Notes: generated from the sequence alone by a model not told the origin. A DNA stretch of 64,000 nucleotides from a virus (IMGVR_UViG_3300025110_000002:4124-68123), one strand, 5' to 3'. Positions 50,494 through 60,980 are shown, counted from the first letter of the stretch. Numbers and translations: made by a program.

Positions 50494-50837
50494 TATTTAA
50501 TAATTTTTTTTATTACTTTTATTATTTCGTCTTCAGAAACTTTCAATTTAAAAGAAAGATCAGCGGTCCATTGGTATCTCATCTTGCCGTTTATTTTTAA
50601 AATTAATATAGGTAACGGTTTTCCTGCAAAACTTTTTTGAAATATAGGTCCTTGATTTTCTAAAGTAGCGTGATCTATTATAATTTTATGTGCTAAATAA
50701 CTATTTGGCAATTCACTTCTTTTTATATCATTTTTTAAATTCCATTTAGAATTTATTTGCAGTAGTTGGATACTTTCAACTTGGGAATAAATACCATGTG
50801 TAAATAGTAGTAGTATTAGAATAAATAAATTTTTCAT
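50493..50837 (-). CDS. Secreted protein, possibly thioredoxin-like fold without CxxC
   Basis: Signal peptide, QINSKWN and PLPILILKING pattern. Confidence 0.5.
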   Translation of the reverse strand: MKNLFILILLLFTHGIYSQVESIQLLQINSKWNLKNDIKRSELPNSYLAHKIIIDHATLENQGPIFQKSFAGKPLPILILKINGKMRYQWTADLSFKLKVSEDEIIKVIKKIIK

Positions 50838-50841
50838 CTTA

Positions 50842-51120
50842 TTATTTTTTGATTATTTCATATAATTTTTCGTCTATTTTATCGAGTTTTTCTGAATTTT
50901 CCTGCACTTTTTCTTCCGTATTCATAATAGACTTACGAACTAATTCATCTTTCAAATCATATTCTGTTCTCGAAACTGGAGGTTCGGGTAAAAGTTTTGC
51001 TTCTTCTATCTCTTCCTGTAAAGTATAATACATGCCTATTAAAGTAGCTAAAGCTATTCCAATACCAATCATTGTTTTAATACTTACTTGAAATTTAGTG
51101 TCTTCACTAAGTTCTGCCAT
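50842..51120 (-). CDS. Membrane-anchored coiled-coil protein
   Basis: One TM segment followed by a coiled coil. Confidence 0.55.
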   Translation of the reverse strand: MAELSEDTKFQVSIKTMIGIGIALATLIGMYYTLQEEIEEAKLLPEPPVSRTEYDLKDELVRKSIMNTEEKVQENSEKLDKIDEKLYEIIKK

Positions 51121-51536
51121 TATATATCTTTTAGTTTGTTGTTTGCATAATTTTTATCATCATAATCCATTGCAGATTTTAACATAAATTGATCAATTAA
51201 ATCAATTTGATTTTTTAACATTTTTTCCTGCAAATTAATAATGAGTTTTTCGTATTCGTCTTTTGATTTATTTAAAAGCTCAATTTGATTCTCTTTTTTA
51301 TCTAATGCTGTTTTTAAAGCTGTAATATCATCTGGTTTTGTTCCAGTGATACTCGAAATTATAATAGGAATAGATGCTGCAATAGTACCTATTAACATCA
51401 TAACAACTTCTTTATTGCTGTCTAAAACAGGAAATTGTAACAATGTTATAATAATTCCTACGACAAAAAGGAAAATAAATAATGATCCGCTATAATGGCG
51501 AATTTCTTTTGCTACGCCGTTTGAGGGAAGTGCCAT
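51120..51536 (-). CDS. Two-TM membrane protein with coiled-coil tail
   Basis: Two hydrophobic helices. Confidence 0.55.
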   Translation of the reverse strand: MALPSNGVAKEIRHYSGSLFIFLFVVGIIITLLQFPVLDSNKEVVMMLIGTIAASIPIIISSITGTKPDDITALKTALDKKENQIELLNKSKDEYEKLIINLQEKMLKNQIDLIDQFMLKSAMDYDDKNYANNKLKDI

Positions 51537-51560
51537 AAGTTATGTTTTTAAAGTTTATAA

Positions 51561-54500
51561 TTAATATTTTTTAATTATTCGATCTACTTTTCTTAAAAGT
51601 TTATCTATATCGGGAGCCGCTTTTGGCTCTTTTATATTTAAGTCCCATTCGCTATATCCTAAAGCTAGAAAAATTGATTGCCATAGTTCTGTTTCGGGTT
51701 TCATAGCAGTATTTAAATGATCCATTTTTAATATTACTCTATCAAGAGGTAAATTGGTGCCAGCAGATACAATTTGTCCAAAAGCTAAAAATCCTGGATT
51801 TTCTAAACTAAATCCTTCTGTATATACTTTTTCTTTGCTTTGTTTATAAGTAAAAGTTCTACTAGCAGCTAATAATTTTCTTAATTTTGAATCTATAGGA
51901 GGAGAAAGTGAAACAGACTTTAACGCAACTCTAGTATAGTCTGATCTTTTTGCTTTAGACTGTCTAATTCCTTCTAATACCATATTTTTTATAACTGTTG
52001 CAACAGCCCCATATACCCCTGTACCCCTAACAAAACTATCAATACTACCGTTAAGTAATTTAGAATACCTTCTTTTTTCATCATCTTCTGTTGTATCATC
52101 AAACATCAATGCAAATAATGCAGATTGTAACGAGTTAAATATAATATTCTGTATTACGCTATAATATACAATTTTACTAATATTTGCCTTCCAATCTCCG
52201 CGTTTATTAATTAAATCTAAAAATGCTTTTTTAGTTAATCTAGTATACTGCATAGGGGTGTTAGCGAAGGCTAATATAAGGCGCCCTAAACTACCAGCTT
52301 GTTGCATTGAAATACGGTCTGGACGTGCAGACTGTTGTGTCTCTTCAGCAATTTCCATAAAGTCTGTAAAAGCTTTTTCTTGTGCTTCTTTTTGAGACAT
52401 ACCTTGTTTTACATAAGTATCTATCCTATTTCTATAAAATGATGCACCACCAGAAGCAATTGCAAATGAATCCGCAATTTGTGTAGGTGTAAAACCAAAT
52501 TGAAGTATTGCACTCAACATTGCTCTTACTTTATTTTTTGATGTTTTAGCCGAGTTAGCAATTTCATCTGCATTGACATCTATTTGTAATCCAGAACGTC
52601 TTTGTTTTAAAAAGTCTGAATTAAATAAAAATGTAAAGTCTTTTACAAATTGTGGGAAATTAGCTAATGCCATTCCAGCTTTTAATGGATTATTATCACT
52701 CCAATTTATAAAGTTCACAGCTGATATAGTCTGTAATAAAGCTGATCTAGTATTAAAGAACATAATTGTTCCTACAGAATCATTAGTCCAATCTAAAAAT
52801 ATTTTTTCATTTTGACTAGCACTTGATCTTCTATTCCTACCAGTTTTCATCCTAGTAATAATATCTTCTAACGCTACAACATATCCATTACCATATAAAG
52901 CTCTTAATTTATCTTTATTTTGATCACTAAATACTGTGTCTATATTTTCTTTCCATTCTTCTAAAAATTCTGCTCTTCTTACATCATTTACATAACCAAC
53001 AAGATCTGTTGTTATATCTCCACTATTCCAATTTTCAGTAGGTGATGGATAACCTTCAGGATTTAAAACCATTAATCTTTCTGCAAAAGCTTTTAATAAA
53101 GGATCATTTCTAACAATTTTTAAATTTTCATTTATTTCTTTTTTAAGGATACCTTCTATTTCCATGCCTTGTTTAGTCCACATGTATATTCTTATAGAGT
53201 CTTGGTTTGTAAACCCAGATTCATTTACTTTGGTTAATCCTATAGGAACATCTTTTGATGCCTCTTTTTTAAGAAGCGACCACTCCCTAAGCGAATTTTC
53301 TTTTTCTCTTTGCCAAGCTTGTATACCTTTAGAGAAAGGTCTTATTAAGTTATCTTCGTACCACTGTCTTTGTTGGTCCCCTACTTTTCCTTTCCCAAGT
53401 GTTACATATAATAATCCTAAAAAGTCTTCTGCAGAATATGGAACAAAAAATTTGTTTCTTCCTTTAGATTGGCCTACAAGTTTAGCTTTAACAGGAGAAA
53501 ACTTTTGATACCAAGGTGTACCAGTAGTACCTTGTATTAATTCGTTAAATTGTCTACTTAATCCTTTTGACGCTTTAGAAGTAAGTTTTTCTTTTAATAT
53601 TTCTGCATCAATTTTATTTTCTATATTAAATCTAGAAGGCTTTACTTTTTTTGGGTCAAAAACAGACATTTCATTTCTAAGAGCAGTATATATTAAATTG
53701 TTTTCTCTATTCTTACTAGTCCCACTCCCACTCGATTTTAAATAAAAATCCATTTTCAATTCAATATCAAATCTATCAGCCTTTTCAATATTTAAAATAT
53801 TTCGACCTATAAAATAAGTTCCATAGCCATCTCCGATATGTATATAAAAATTATCTTTATTATTATAATGATTTTCAAGGCTTATAACAGTAATTTTTAT
53901 ACCTTTCCCAAACGCTTTTTTATAAAATTCTTGTTTTTCTAACTCTTCTAAAGTTTCTCTTTTTATAGTTCCTTTTAATGGAAATTGAGTTTGTGGCCCT
54001 TTAAAATCTGGATTAATTTTTTCTTCCATTTCATTAATAAAATTCAATGCTTCACGAACAGCTGGCATGTTCCTTTCAAAAAAAGCTTCAAATAATCCAA
54101 CATTTGGCAAATCTTTTCTATCAACTATTTTTTTGTTACGTATAAAGTCTATTCTAGGGTCTTTAAGATCTGTGCCAGAAAAATAAACCCGAGAACTACC
54201 ACCCCCCATTCTAGCTGTTATACTTTTTTTAGCTTCTAAATAAAGAGGTTTTTCTTTCCCTTCTTGTTTAAATTGTAAATCTGGACTGTTATTATCATAT
54301 CCAGCACCTCCGCCTAATACAGGTAACCCGTATTCTCGCATTTGTTTCCCGAGCACTTCTTCAAAAATTAATCCACCAAAAGTTTCTCCTTTAATAATAC
54401 CATCTTCCCATAATTTAATAGTAAAATCTTTTACAAAATCAAGCTGATCTTCAGCGAATCCTTTAGGTTTATAGTTATTAAAACGATCAGAAATTATTTC

Positions 54501-57500
54501 GTCTTCTTTTAATATTTTTGCAAATTCAAAAGCGATATTTGAAAATTCTGATGAGGTTAATCCTTTCGATGCTTTAGATCTATATCCTCTGTCTATTTTT
54601 CTTGCAATTTCCTGTATATAAGATTCTGCAACGCCGATACCCGATAATTCTTGAATTTCTCTAAATCTATTCATGATAGATTCATTTTTCAAAATTTCAT
54701 TGGTAGCATCAAACGCAAGTTCAACTCCTATCTCTTCTGTAAGTGCTATTTTACGGTTTCCTAATGCAGATTTTTTATATGCAGTTTTATCTGTAAAATA
54801 TTCAACCCATTCTTTTTCACTAATTTTTCTTTTCTTAAATAAAGGTTTACCTTGCCCTAAAGTTTTTACATCTCTTCCTTTTTCAACGGGCAATTTTTCT
54901 CTCATTTGAACACCATCTTTATCAAGTAAAGGTTCTTTAAAAGCTTGAAATCTTTTATTAATAGTAGACAATGGTAAATTGTCATATATAGCTTCAAAAT
55001 TTTCAGTTAAAAAATTTTCATAGCCACCAGTATCATTAATAAACTTTACTATTTCGGGTTTTAACTTTGTTCTAAAAGTTTTAGTTAAAGCCGCATTGAA
55101 AGCTTTAACACTTATATTAGGTAATTTTGTACCAAAAGCCAATTCTACAGCCTCCAAAACTTTATCTGATAACTCAGGATCAACACCTAATTTACTAGCT
55201 AAATCATCTTTTTTAATTTCTACTGTTTTTTCTTCTAATTCAAATGCACTTTCTGTAGCTGTGTCTGGTGTTCCTTTAAGAGTATCAACATCTAACATAA
55301 ACTCTTTACCTAATAATTTTTGAGCTTGTTCAATAGCTCTTCTTCCTAAATATTTATTTATATAACCAGCCAGCGGAGCTCCTTGTGCTTTTGCTTTAGT
55401 ATAATCCATTATTAATCCTAACAAACCTCTTTCGTCAAAAGTAATTGCATCTTTTAATTCATTAAAATCAAAATTTGGTGTGTTTTTATAATTATTTGTA
55501 ATCTTATTTAAAATTGGATCAAATAATTCTATAATTTCCATTGCCCCTTCAGCTCCTTTTTCATTATATATATCTGTAACCTTTTGGGAATCTACTTCTC
55601 TTTTACTTGCTTTGGATATTATCCCATCTATTGCCTGAGATTCATTTAAAATTTCATCACTAATTTCAATACCTTCTTGCATTGCTTTTATAACAGCTCC
55701 ACTTGTTTTCCCCTTTCTTACAGCATGACTATAATCTTTTATAAAATTAAAAACATCAGCTCCGTCTTCAAATCTAATTTTTTTCCACCCTATATCTTGT
55801 AAAATTCTTCTTAAAATATCACCTAGTTTAGCTAAAAACCCTTCATTAGGTTTTTTTATAAGAGGATTATTATATATATCTGAAATAGCATTAAATAATT
55901 CTTCTGCTCTTGCTTGTTCAGTATAATTAGGGTCATTTTGATATTGTGTAAGAATTTGATTTAAAATAGACCCTTCTTTAAATAAATCTGGATCTATTTT
56001 CATTAAATGATCTTTTAACAAAGTAGATAATTCAACAACCGCTGTAGTTTTTCCGTTGTATAATGTTTTATATAAACCATTATGCAATATTTCATGGCCC
56101 GCTACAGTAACATTCCCTGTTTGTCCAGCTACTTCCATATTCATTACCATAACCGCACTGCCATCTGCTTTAGGATCAGATACCCTACCTGAATCGGTTT
56201 CTTGAGCATCTTTAATTCCAAATTTTTTGGCTGTTTCAACAAAATCTTTACTATTCTTTACTTCTATAATTTTTAATTTTTGATTTAAAGCACCTGCAAA
56301 TCTTCTGCCTTTAAGAACTTGATCTGTAAGTTCAGCTGTAACATAAATTTTTAATTTTTCTTGTCTAATTTCTTCTAATCTAGCTTCATTTCTTTTAGCA
56401 AAGGTTTTATCAACATTTTTATTTTCATTAATTATTTTAGATTCTTCTATTAATAAATTAATTAATTTTTGTTTAGCTCCACCAACAACCGAAGGAGGGA
56501 CTTTCATATTAGCATTATCAACATCACTTATAGTGGACAGTTGTTTTTCACCTTGTTCTTTGGTAATTTCACCTTTAATTACTGAAGCTTTTATATTTTT
56601 CTTTAAGTCTTTTAATATATATGATTGAGAATTAACATCGCCAAAAGATGCAACTCTATTAGCTAAAGCTGTTGTTTCTTTTATAGTATAAGAAGCAGCC
56701 TTAACACTAAAAGGTAAAAATCCACCAACTATACCTCCCTGTGCTCCAGCTTGTTTTATTTCATCTAAATCAATATATTTTCCTGAATCTCCAATAGAAA
56801 ATCCTTTAGATATTTGAGAAGTTAAAGTTTGAAAACTTTCTGTTAAATATTCAACCATATAACCCCTAGCCACAGCTTTACTAGACCCTTTTAATCCTCC
56901 TTGTTTTACAAATCTTCTAATACCATCTTTTACAATAGATCTAATAAGTGCTTTACCGGGTTTTGTTATCATTGTTCCTACAATTGTAGTCGCCCCTGTA
57001 AATTCTAAAGCAGATTGTATTGTGGCAGACGCCGCAGCAATTCCGCCATCTCCTTCCCCAGCTTCTAAATAATTTAAAAACCCTTCTTCTGAAAACTCTT
57101 CTCCGTTAGCTTCCATTTTTGCGATAATGGTATCAAAATATGCATTACCGTATTCTTGCGCAAAAATACCAGTACCGAAAGTAAGTACAGCTATAGGAAG
57201 CTGGATTGCTTGTTCTCCAACTAATAAAGCTAAATCTCCCCAACTCTCCGGCATTAATCCATCTAGTTTTGCTTTTTGAAAAGCTTTTAAATCTTGTTCT
57301 ATTTCTTTTAAATTAAGATATTTATTTAAAATTTTTTCTTTTTGTTTTATTATTTGAATTTTTGCTTGTTTTACAGTAACTGGCCTAGGTGGTCTTGTAT
57401 CATAAGTTTGAGTACCAGGTGTGCTAGACAATGTATACGCTACTTCGGCATCATCTTTATCTTTAATTGAATCATTTAGTCTTTTAAGTTCGCTTGCATC

Positions 57501-58364
57501 AAATGAAATGTCAGTTCTTCTTAAAGAGGCATTTACTTGTTTAAATCCTTTTTGCATGGCTTCCCATAGTTTGGAATCATCAGTTAAACCAAGTTCAGAT
57601 CTTTTTGCATCAACCCATTGTTGTCGTTGTATTTCTGATAATCTGTTAAATTTATTATCATAAGATTTAATTATAGCATCTTTAAAAGCGTCTATTCTTT
57701 TATTATATGTTCTATTGTTAGAAACAGTATCTAAATACAATTTTGTTGCGTAATTATTTAATTTAATATTAGCAGCATTTATTTGATCAATATCAGTTAA
57801 ATCTGTATTTTCTTTAAGTTTATTTTTAAAATTTTCAATTTTAGGCTCCAAAACCTTTTGAACATCTTTTAATAAATGATTTTGAAGATAACGATCCCCT
57901 TTAATCATAGATAGTAAAGAACTATTTAAAGATTCACTTATATCTTGTGTTTCTTTAAACACAGAAAAATCTAAAGTATTTACGAGTTTATCAGCGTAGT
58001 TAAGAGCACTTTCTTCGTCCATCTGAGGGGCATAAGGGTCTATACCCGCATCAGTTAACATTTTTAAGCGTAGCTCGCTGTTTTTATCTTTTGTAGACAG
58101 ATAAGTTTGGAATTGTTCTTCATATTTTGGAGGAGTGAATACCAAGGTGCCATTTCCCGAATTGGAAGCCATATCGGGCGCTTGTTTCCCTCCCGCAGCC
58201 GCACCCTGAGCATTGGGGTTTATCTTTACTGGTCCTTCATACAATACAGCATCTGGATGATCTAAAAGAAATTGAGATTTGCTTTTAGGTCCAACATTAT
58301 ATTTTTTACCATCAGGATCAATATAAATTTCATTTTTTACTTTTTGGTCCAATGTTGCTTCCAT
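51561..58364 (-). CDS. Large polyvalent ejection/cargo protein (zincin + sigma region-2-like + PD-(D/E)xK nuclease-like + C-terminal helical domain)
   Basis: 2267 aa with HEILH at aa 757-761 and a downstream EE, a sigma2-like segment at about aa 940-1016, E...PD...EAK, and three SKASK linkers. It is the largest gene of the ejection-protein trio. Confidence 0.7.
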   Translation of the reverse strand: MEATLDQKVKNEIYIDPDGKKYNVGPKSKSQFLLDHPDAVLYEGPVKINPNAQGAAAGGKQAPDMASNSGNGTLVFTPPKYEEQFQTYLSTKDKNSELRLKMLTDAGIDPYAPQMDEESALNYADKLVNTLDFSVFKETQDISESLNSSLLSMIKGDRYLQNHLLKDVQKVLEPKIENFKNKLKENTDLTDIDQINAANIKLNNYATKLYLDTVSNNRTYNKRIDAFKDAIIKSYDNKFNRLSEIQRQQWVDAKRSELGLTDDSKLWEAMQKGFKQVNASLRRTDISFDASELKRLNDSIKDKDDAEVAYTLSSTPGTQTYDTRPPRPVTVKQAKIQIIKQKEKILNKYLNLKEIEQDLKAFQKAKLDGLMPESWGDLALLVGEQAIQLPIAVLTFGTGIFAQEYGNAYFDTIIAKMEANGEEFSEEGFLNYLEAGEGDGGIAAASATIQSALEFTGATTIVGTMITKPGKALIRSIVKDGIRRFVKQGGLKGSSKAVARGYMVEYLTESFQTLTSQISKGFSIGDSGKYIDLDEIKQAGAQGGIVGGFLPFSVKAASYTIKETTALANRVASFGDVNSQSYILKDLKKNIKASVIKGEITKEQGEKQLSTISDVDNANMKVPPSVVGGAKQKLINLLIEESKIINENKNVDKTFAKRNEARLEEIRQEKLKIYVTAELTDQVLKGRRFAGALNQKLKIIEVKNSKDFVETAKKFGIKDAQETDSGRVSDPKADGSAVMVMNMEVAGQTGNVTVAGHEILHNGLYKTLYNGKTTAVVELSTLLKDHLMKIDPDLFKEGSILNQILTQYQNDPNYTEQARAEELFNAISDIYNNPLIKKPNEGFLAKLGDILRRILQDIGWKKIRFEDGADVFNFIKDYSHAVRKGKTSGAVIKAMQEGIEISDEILNESQAIDGIISKASKREVDSQKVTDIYNEKGAEGAMEIIELFDPILNKITNNYKNTPNFDFNELKDAITFDERGLLGLIMDYTKAKAQGAPLAGYINKYLGRRAIEQAQKLLGKEFMLDVDTLKGTPDTATESAFELEEKTVEIKKDDLASKLGVDPELSDKVLEAVELAFGTKLPNISVKAFNAALTKTFRTKLKPEIVKFINDTGGYENFLTENFEAIYDNLPLSTINKRFQAFKEPLLDKDGVQMREKLPVEKGRDVKTLGQGKPLFKKRKISEKEWVEYFTDKTAYKKSALGNRKIALTEEIGVELAFDATNEILKNESIMNRFREIQELSGIGVAESYIQEIARKIDRGYRSKASKGLTSSEFSNIAFEFAKILKEDEIISDRFNNYKPKGFAEDQLDFVKDFTIKLWEDGIIKGETFGGLIFEEVLGKQMREYGLPVLGGGAGYDNNSPDLQFKQEGKEKPLYLEAKKSITARMGGGSSRVYFSGTDLKDPRIDFIRNKKIVDRKDLPNVGLFEAFFERNMPAVREALNFINEMEEKINPDFKGPQTQFPLKGTIKRETLEELEKQEFYKKAFGKGIKITVISLENHYNNKDNFYIHIGDGYGTYFIGRNILNIEKADRFDIELKMDFYLKSSGSGTSKNRENNLIYTALRNEMSVFDPKKVKPSRFNIENKIDAEILKEKLTSKASKGLSRQFNELIQGTTGTPWYQKFSPVKAKLVGQSKGRNKFFVPYSAEDFLGLLYVTLGKGKVGDQQRQWYEDNLIRPFSKGIQAWQREKENSLREWSLLKKEASKDVPIGLTKVNESGFTNQDSIRIYMWTKQGMEIEGILKKEINENLKIVRNDPLLKAFAERLMVLNPEGYPSPTENWNSGDITTDLVGYVNDVRRAEFLEEWKENIDTVFSDQNKDKLRALYGNGYVVALEDIITRMKTGRNRRSSASQNEKIFLDWTNDSVGTIMFFNTRSALLQTISAVNFINWSDNNPLKAGMALANFPQFVKDFTFLFNSDFLKQRRSGLQIDVNADEIANSAKTSKNKVRAMLSAILQFGFTPTQIADSFAIASGGASFYRNRIDTYVKQGMSQKEAQEKAFTDFMEIAEETQQSARPDRISMQQAGSLGRLILAFANTPMQYTRLTKKAFLDLINKRGDWKANISKIVYYSVIQNIIFNSLQSALFALMFDDTTEDDEKRRYSKLLNGSIDSFVRGTGVYGAVATVIKNMVLEGIRQSKAKRSDYTRVALKSVSLSPPIDSKLRKLLAASRTFTYKQSKEKVYTEGFSLENPGFLAFGQIVSAGTNLPLDRVILKMDHLNTAMKPETELWQSIFLALGYSEWDLNIKEPKAAPDIDKLLRKVDRIIKKY

Positions 58365-58375
58365 TTATATAAATT

Positions 58376-59923
58376 TTAAATACTGTAATCTTCATTTACT
58401 TCACCATCTTCGTCTTTGACTATATTGTTTAAGATACTTTGCATTTCGCTATTATCAAGACGCATAGTTGATCTTTGCTTTAAGTTATAAACATTTAGTA
58501 ATGCATCTACATCATATATAGGATAATCGTCTATAAAGAATAAAGGGTCAGATGGGAATCTTTTTCTATATGCCTCTTCTGCTTGTTTTTGATTCATATT
58601 TAAATCTTTCATAAAAGCTTTTGTTATTAAAGATTTTTTAAGTGATGTAGTTTGAAATTTTGAAGTAGAAAAAATAGGTTGTTTTCGTATTGCCTCTATA
58701 ACATTATTCATAGCTTCTTCTTGCCTATCTATACGATCTTCTTCTTTAATTATTTCTCCAGCTGCATTAACTATTTCCCCGGCTTCGTTTTTATACTCTT
58801 TTTCTGTGTTTGCTAAAGCAGATTGCAAAGAGCTGTGGAAATTTTGCATTAATTCTATAGCGTCTTCTTTAACCTGAGCCCTATCTGAATCGGTTTGAGT
58901 TGGAGGAGTAACCTTTCTTTGATAAAATCCTTCATAATGTTCTTTAGCACTTTTTCTTATGTTTTCATGAACAAATTCTTTCAATGTTTCCAATATAAGA
59001 ATATCGCCGTCTCCATCTTCTTCATCAACAATACTGCCATCTTGAAGATCCCCAATTAAATATTGTTTAAATTCTAGAGAACTTAATTCATCACCTTCTT
59101 CAGATGCTAATTTTTGTAACAAAATTCCTGCTTCATCTCCTTTTAAATATCCTAAATGATCAACTGCAAGGGTAGCATATTGTGTATCTGTTAGCTTTAA
59201 TGCTTCTATTCCTTTTTGAACTTCAAAATCTAATCCTTTACTGCTATCCCCTTTAAGAGCTAATTTTTTAGCAGATTCATTTATTGATTTTAATAAATCT
59301 AAATATACTTTATGATCTTGTTCTATTAATCCAAAAGCATTAGGTAAATCTTTTATATCAATAGCAATTTGTTCTTCTTCCCCTTCTACTCCAGACATGT
59401 TAATATTAAATATAGCTTGGTTTTCAAATAATTCAAATTCACCTGCCATACGCATTTTATTTAGTTTTATAGATTTTGCATCATTTAAATTACTAAGCAT
59501 ATCGCTTTGCTCTAAAAAATCTTCTCCACTGGCTTTATATTGGTCGGCCCAATATTTTAATTCAGCAATTTTTTCTTTTTCTTCATTAACCAACATTGTT
59601 TTTTGTATATCAGATATTTCATCGCTCATTGCTATATTATAAACATTCATTTTAATAGCCGCAGCTTTTTCTGTTAAATATCTCATGCCTTGTGGTGGGA
59701 CTCCTTTAAAATCAGGATTTTGATACTGACTAATAAGTTTAGATGCAAAAGCTTCTCTTTCTTTCATAGCTTTAGCATAAGCTTGTCCCTCAAGAGCTCT
59801 TTGTTTTTTATATTCAAGAACTTTTTGGTCCATTGTATCTATTGCAGGTTGCACTGCCCCTGCTAAATCTAAGGGTCTTCCGCCCCCTTGTGCCATTCCT
59901 AATAGTCTTGCATTTATTGCCAT
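58376..59923 (-). CDS. Putative internal virion/ejection protein
   Basis: 515-aa helical acidic protein in the middle of the ejection trio. Confidence 0.55.
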   Translation of the reverse strand: MAINARLLGMAQGGGRPLDLAGAVQPAIDTMDQKVLEYKKQRALEGQAYAKAMKEREAFASKLISQYQNPDFKGVPPQGMRYLTEKAAAIKMNVYNIAMSDEISDIQKTMLVNEEKEKIAELKYWADQYKASGEDFLEQSDMLSNLNDAKSIKLNKMRMAGEFELFENQAIFNINMSGVEGEEEQIAIDIKDLPNAFGLIEQDHKVYLDLLKSINESAKKLALKGDSSKGLDFEVQKGIEALKLTDTQYATLAVDHLGYLKGDEAGILLQKLASEEGDELSSLEFKQYLIGDLQDGSIVDEEDGDGDILILETLKEFVHENIRKSAKEHYEGFYQRKVTPPTQTDSDRAQVKEDAIELMQNFHSSLQSALANTEKEYKNEAGEIVNAAGEIIKEEDRIDRQEEAMNNVIEAIRKQPIFSTSKFQTTSLKKSLITKAFMKDLNMNQKQAEEAYRKRFPSDPLFFIDDYPIYDVDALLNVYNLKQRSTMRLDNSEMQSILNNIVKDEDGEVNEDYSI

Positions 59924-59938
59924 AATTAAAATTTTATA

Positions 59939-60634
59939 TTACATACCACCGGCCATTAATCTTGCGCCGCCTGCAGCTACATTAGCTACACCCCCAATTA
60001 AACCTTCTGTTGCTTCTTTCCTTGCAGCGTCTGCTGCTAATTTTCTTTGTGAAGCTGCGTCTAATAGTTGCTCTGTTCTTCCGAATTCTTTTCCTTCTTT
60101 AGATGCTGCACCAGCTGCTCTAGCTCTTTCTAAATTTTGTTGTCCTCTAGCTCTAGCCATTTGGTTAGCTTTTTCTTGTTGCCCAATGCTAGCAGAAGAA
60201 GCTTGCAAATTTGAAGAAGCCTGCGAAGCCATAGTCTGTGCTAATGCTGCAATACCAGAACTTCCTGCTGCCCCTCTCATGCCAGCCATAGTGCCAGCTA
60301 AAGCTTGCTGTTGTTGTTGAGATTTAAATTGGGCTTCTTGTTGATTAACAGTCATATCCTCAAAAGGATTTGTAAGGTTCGCAGAATGATCTTTAAATTC
60401 AAAGTTTTCATACTCCCCTTTTCTTTGAGCCAACTCAGCTTTTGCTTCTCTTTGCTCTCTTCTACGGGCACGGCCGCCTATTATGCCACCAGCCATTCCG
60501 GCTAGTCCACTTGCTATTTGGCCAAAGGCACCACCGCCTCCGCCACCACCGCCCTCTGCGGCAGCCCCAGTAGCGGCTCCGCCACCTGCAGCGCCAGCTA
60601 TATCTGTTATCATTTTTAAAGGTGTATTTCTCAT
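59939..60634 (-). CDS. Gly/Ala/Gln-rich ejection (pilot) protein
   Basis: G/A-rich hydrophobic termini flanking a Q-rich coiled coil, typical of small podovirus ejection proteins. Confidence 0.7.
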   Translation of the reverse strand: MRNTPLKMITDIAGAAGGGAATGAAAEGGGGGGGGAFGQIASGLAGMAGGIIGGRARRREQREAKAELAQRKGEYENFEFKDHSANLTNPFEDMTVNQQEAQFKSQQQQQALAGTMAGMRGAAGSSGIAALAQTMASQASSNLQASSASIGQQEKANQMARARGQQNLERARAAGAASKEGKEFGRTEQLLDAASQRKLAADAARKEATEGLIGGVANVAAGGARLMAGGM

Positions 60635-60636
60635 AA

Positions 60637-60960
60637 TTAATTACTACTAAACATTGTTTCGCTATTTACAGCGTATAATTCACAAAATTCTGTGCTATCA
60701 TTCTCCATTTTTATAGTGGCTTGATAGCCAATAAGTCCACTACTATTTATTACGTTATTTTTGGCAAACATAAAGTAATCGCCTATAACAGGCCTTGGTG
60801 TTGTTGCGGCTACATCTACCACAAAGCTAAACCTATCACCTGCAACCGATTGACAAATGCCTAATTCAATTAAAGAATCGTTTTTCAAAAATAAAACAAT
60901 ATCTCCTTTTTGTAAAGAAGTATTTATTTTTTGATCAAAATTTATAGTTAAATTTGCCAT
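60637..60960 (-). CDS. Putative tail structural protein
   Basis: NTSLQKGD...YFMFAKN...SSGLIGY...ELYAVNSE. Confidence 0.55.
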   Translation of the reverse strand: MANLTINFDQKINTSLQKGDIVLFLKNDSLIELGICQSVAGDRFSFVVDVAATTPRPVIGDYFMFAKNNVINSSGLIGYQATIKMENDSTEFCELYAVNSETMFSSN

Positions 60961-60980
60961 AACATTACTTTAAATCTTTA

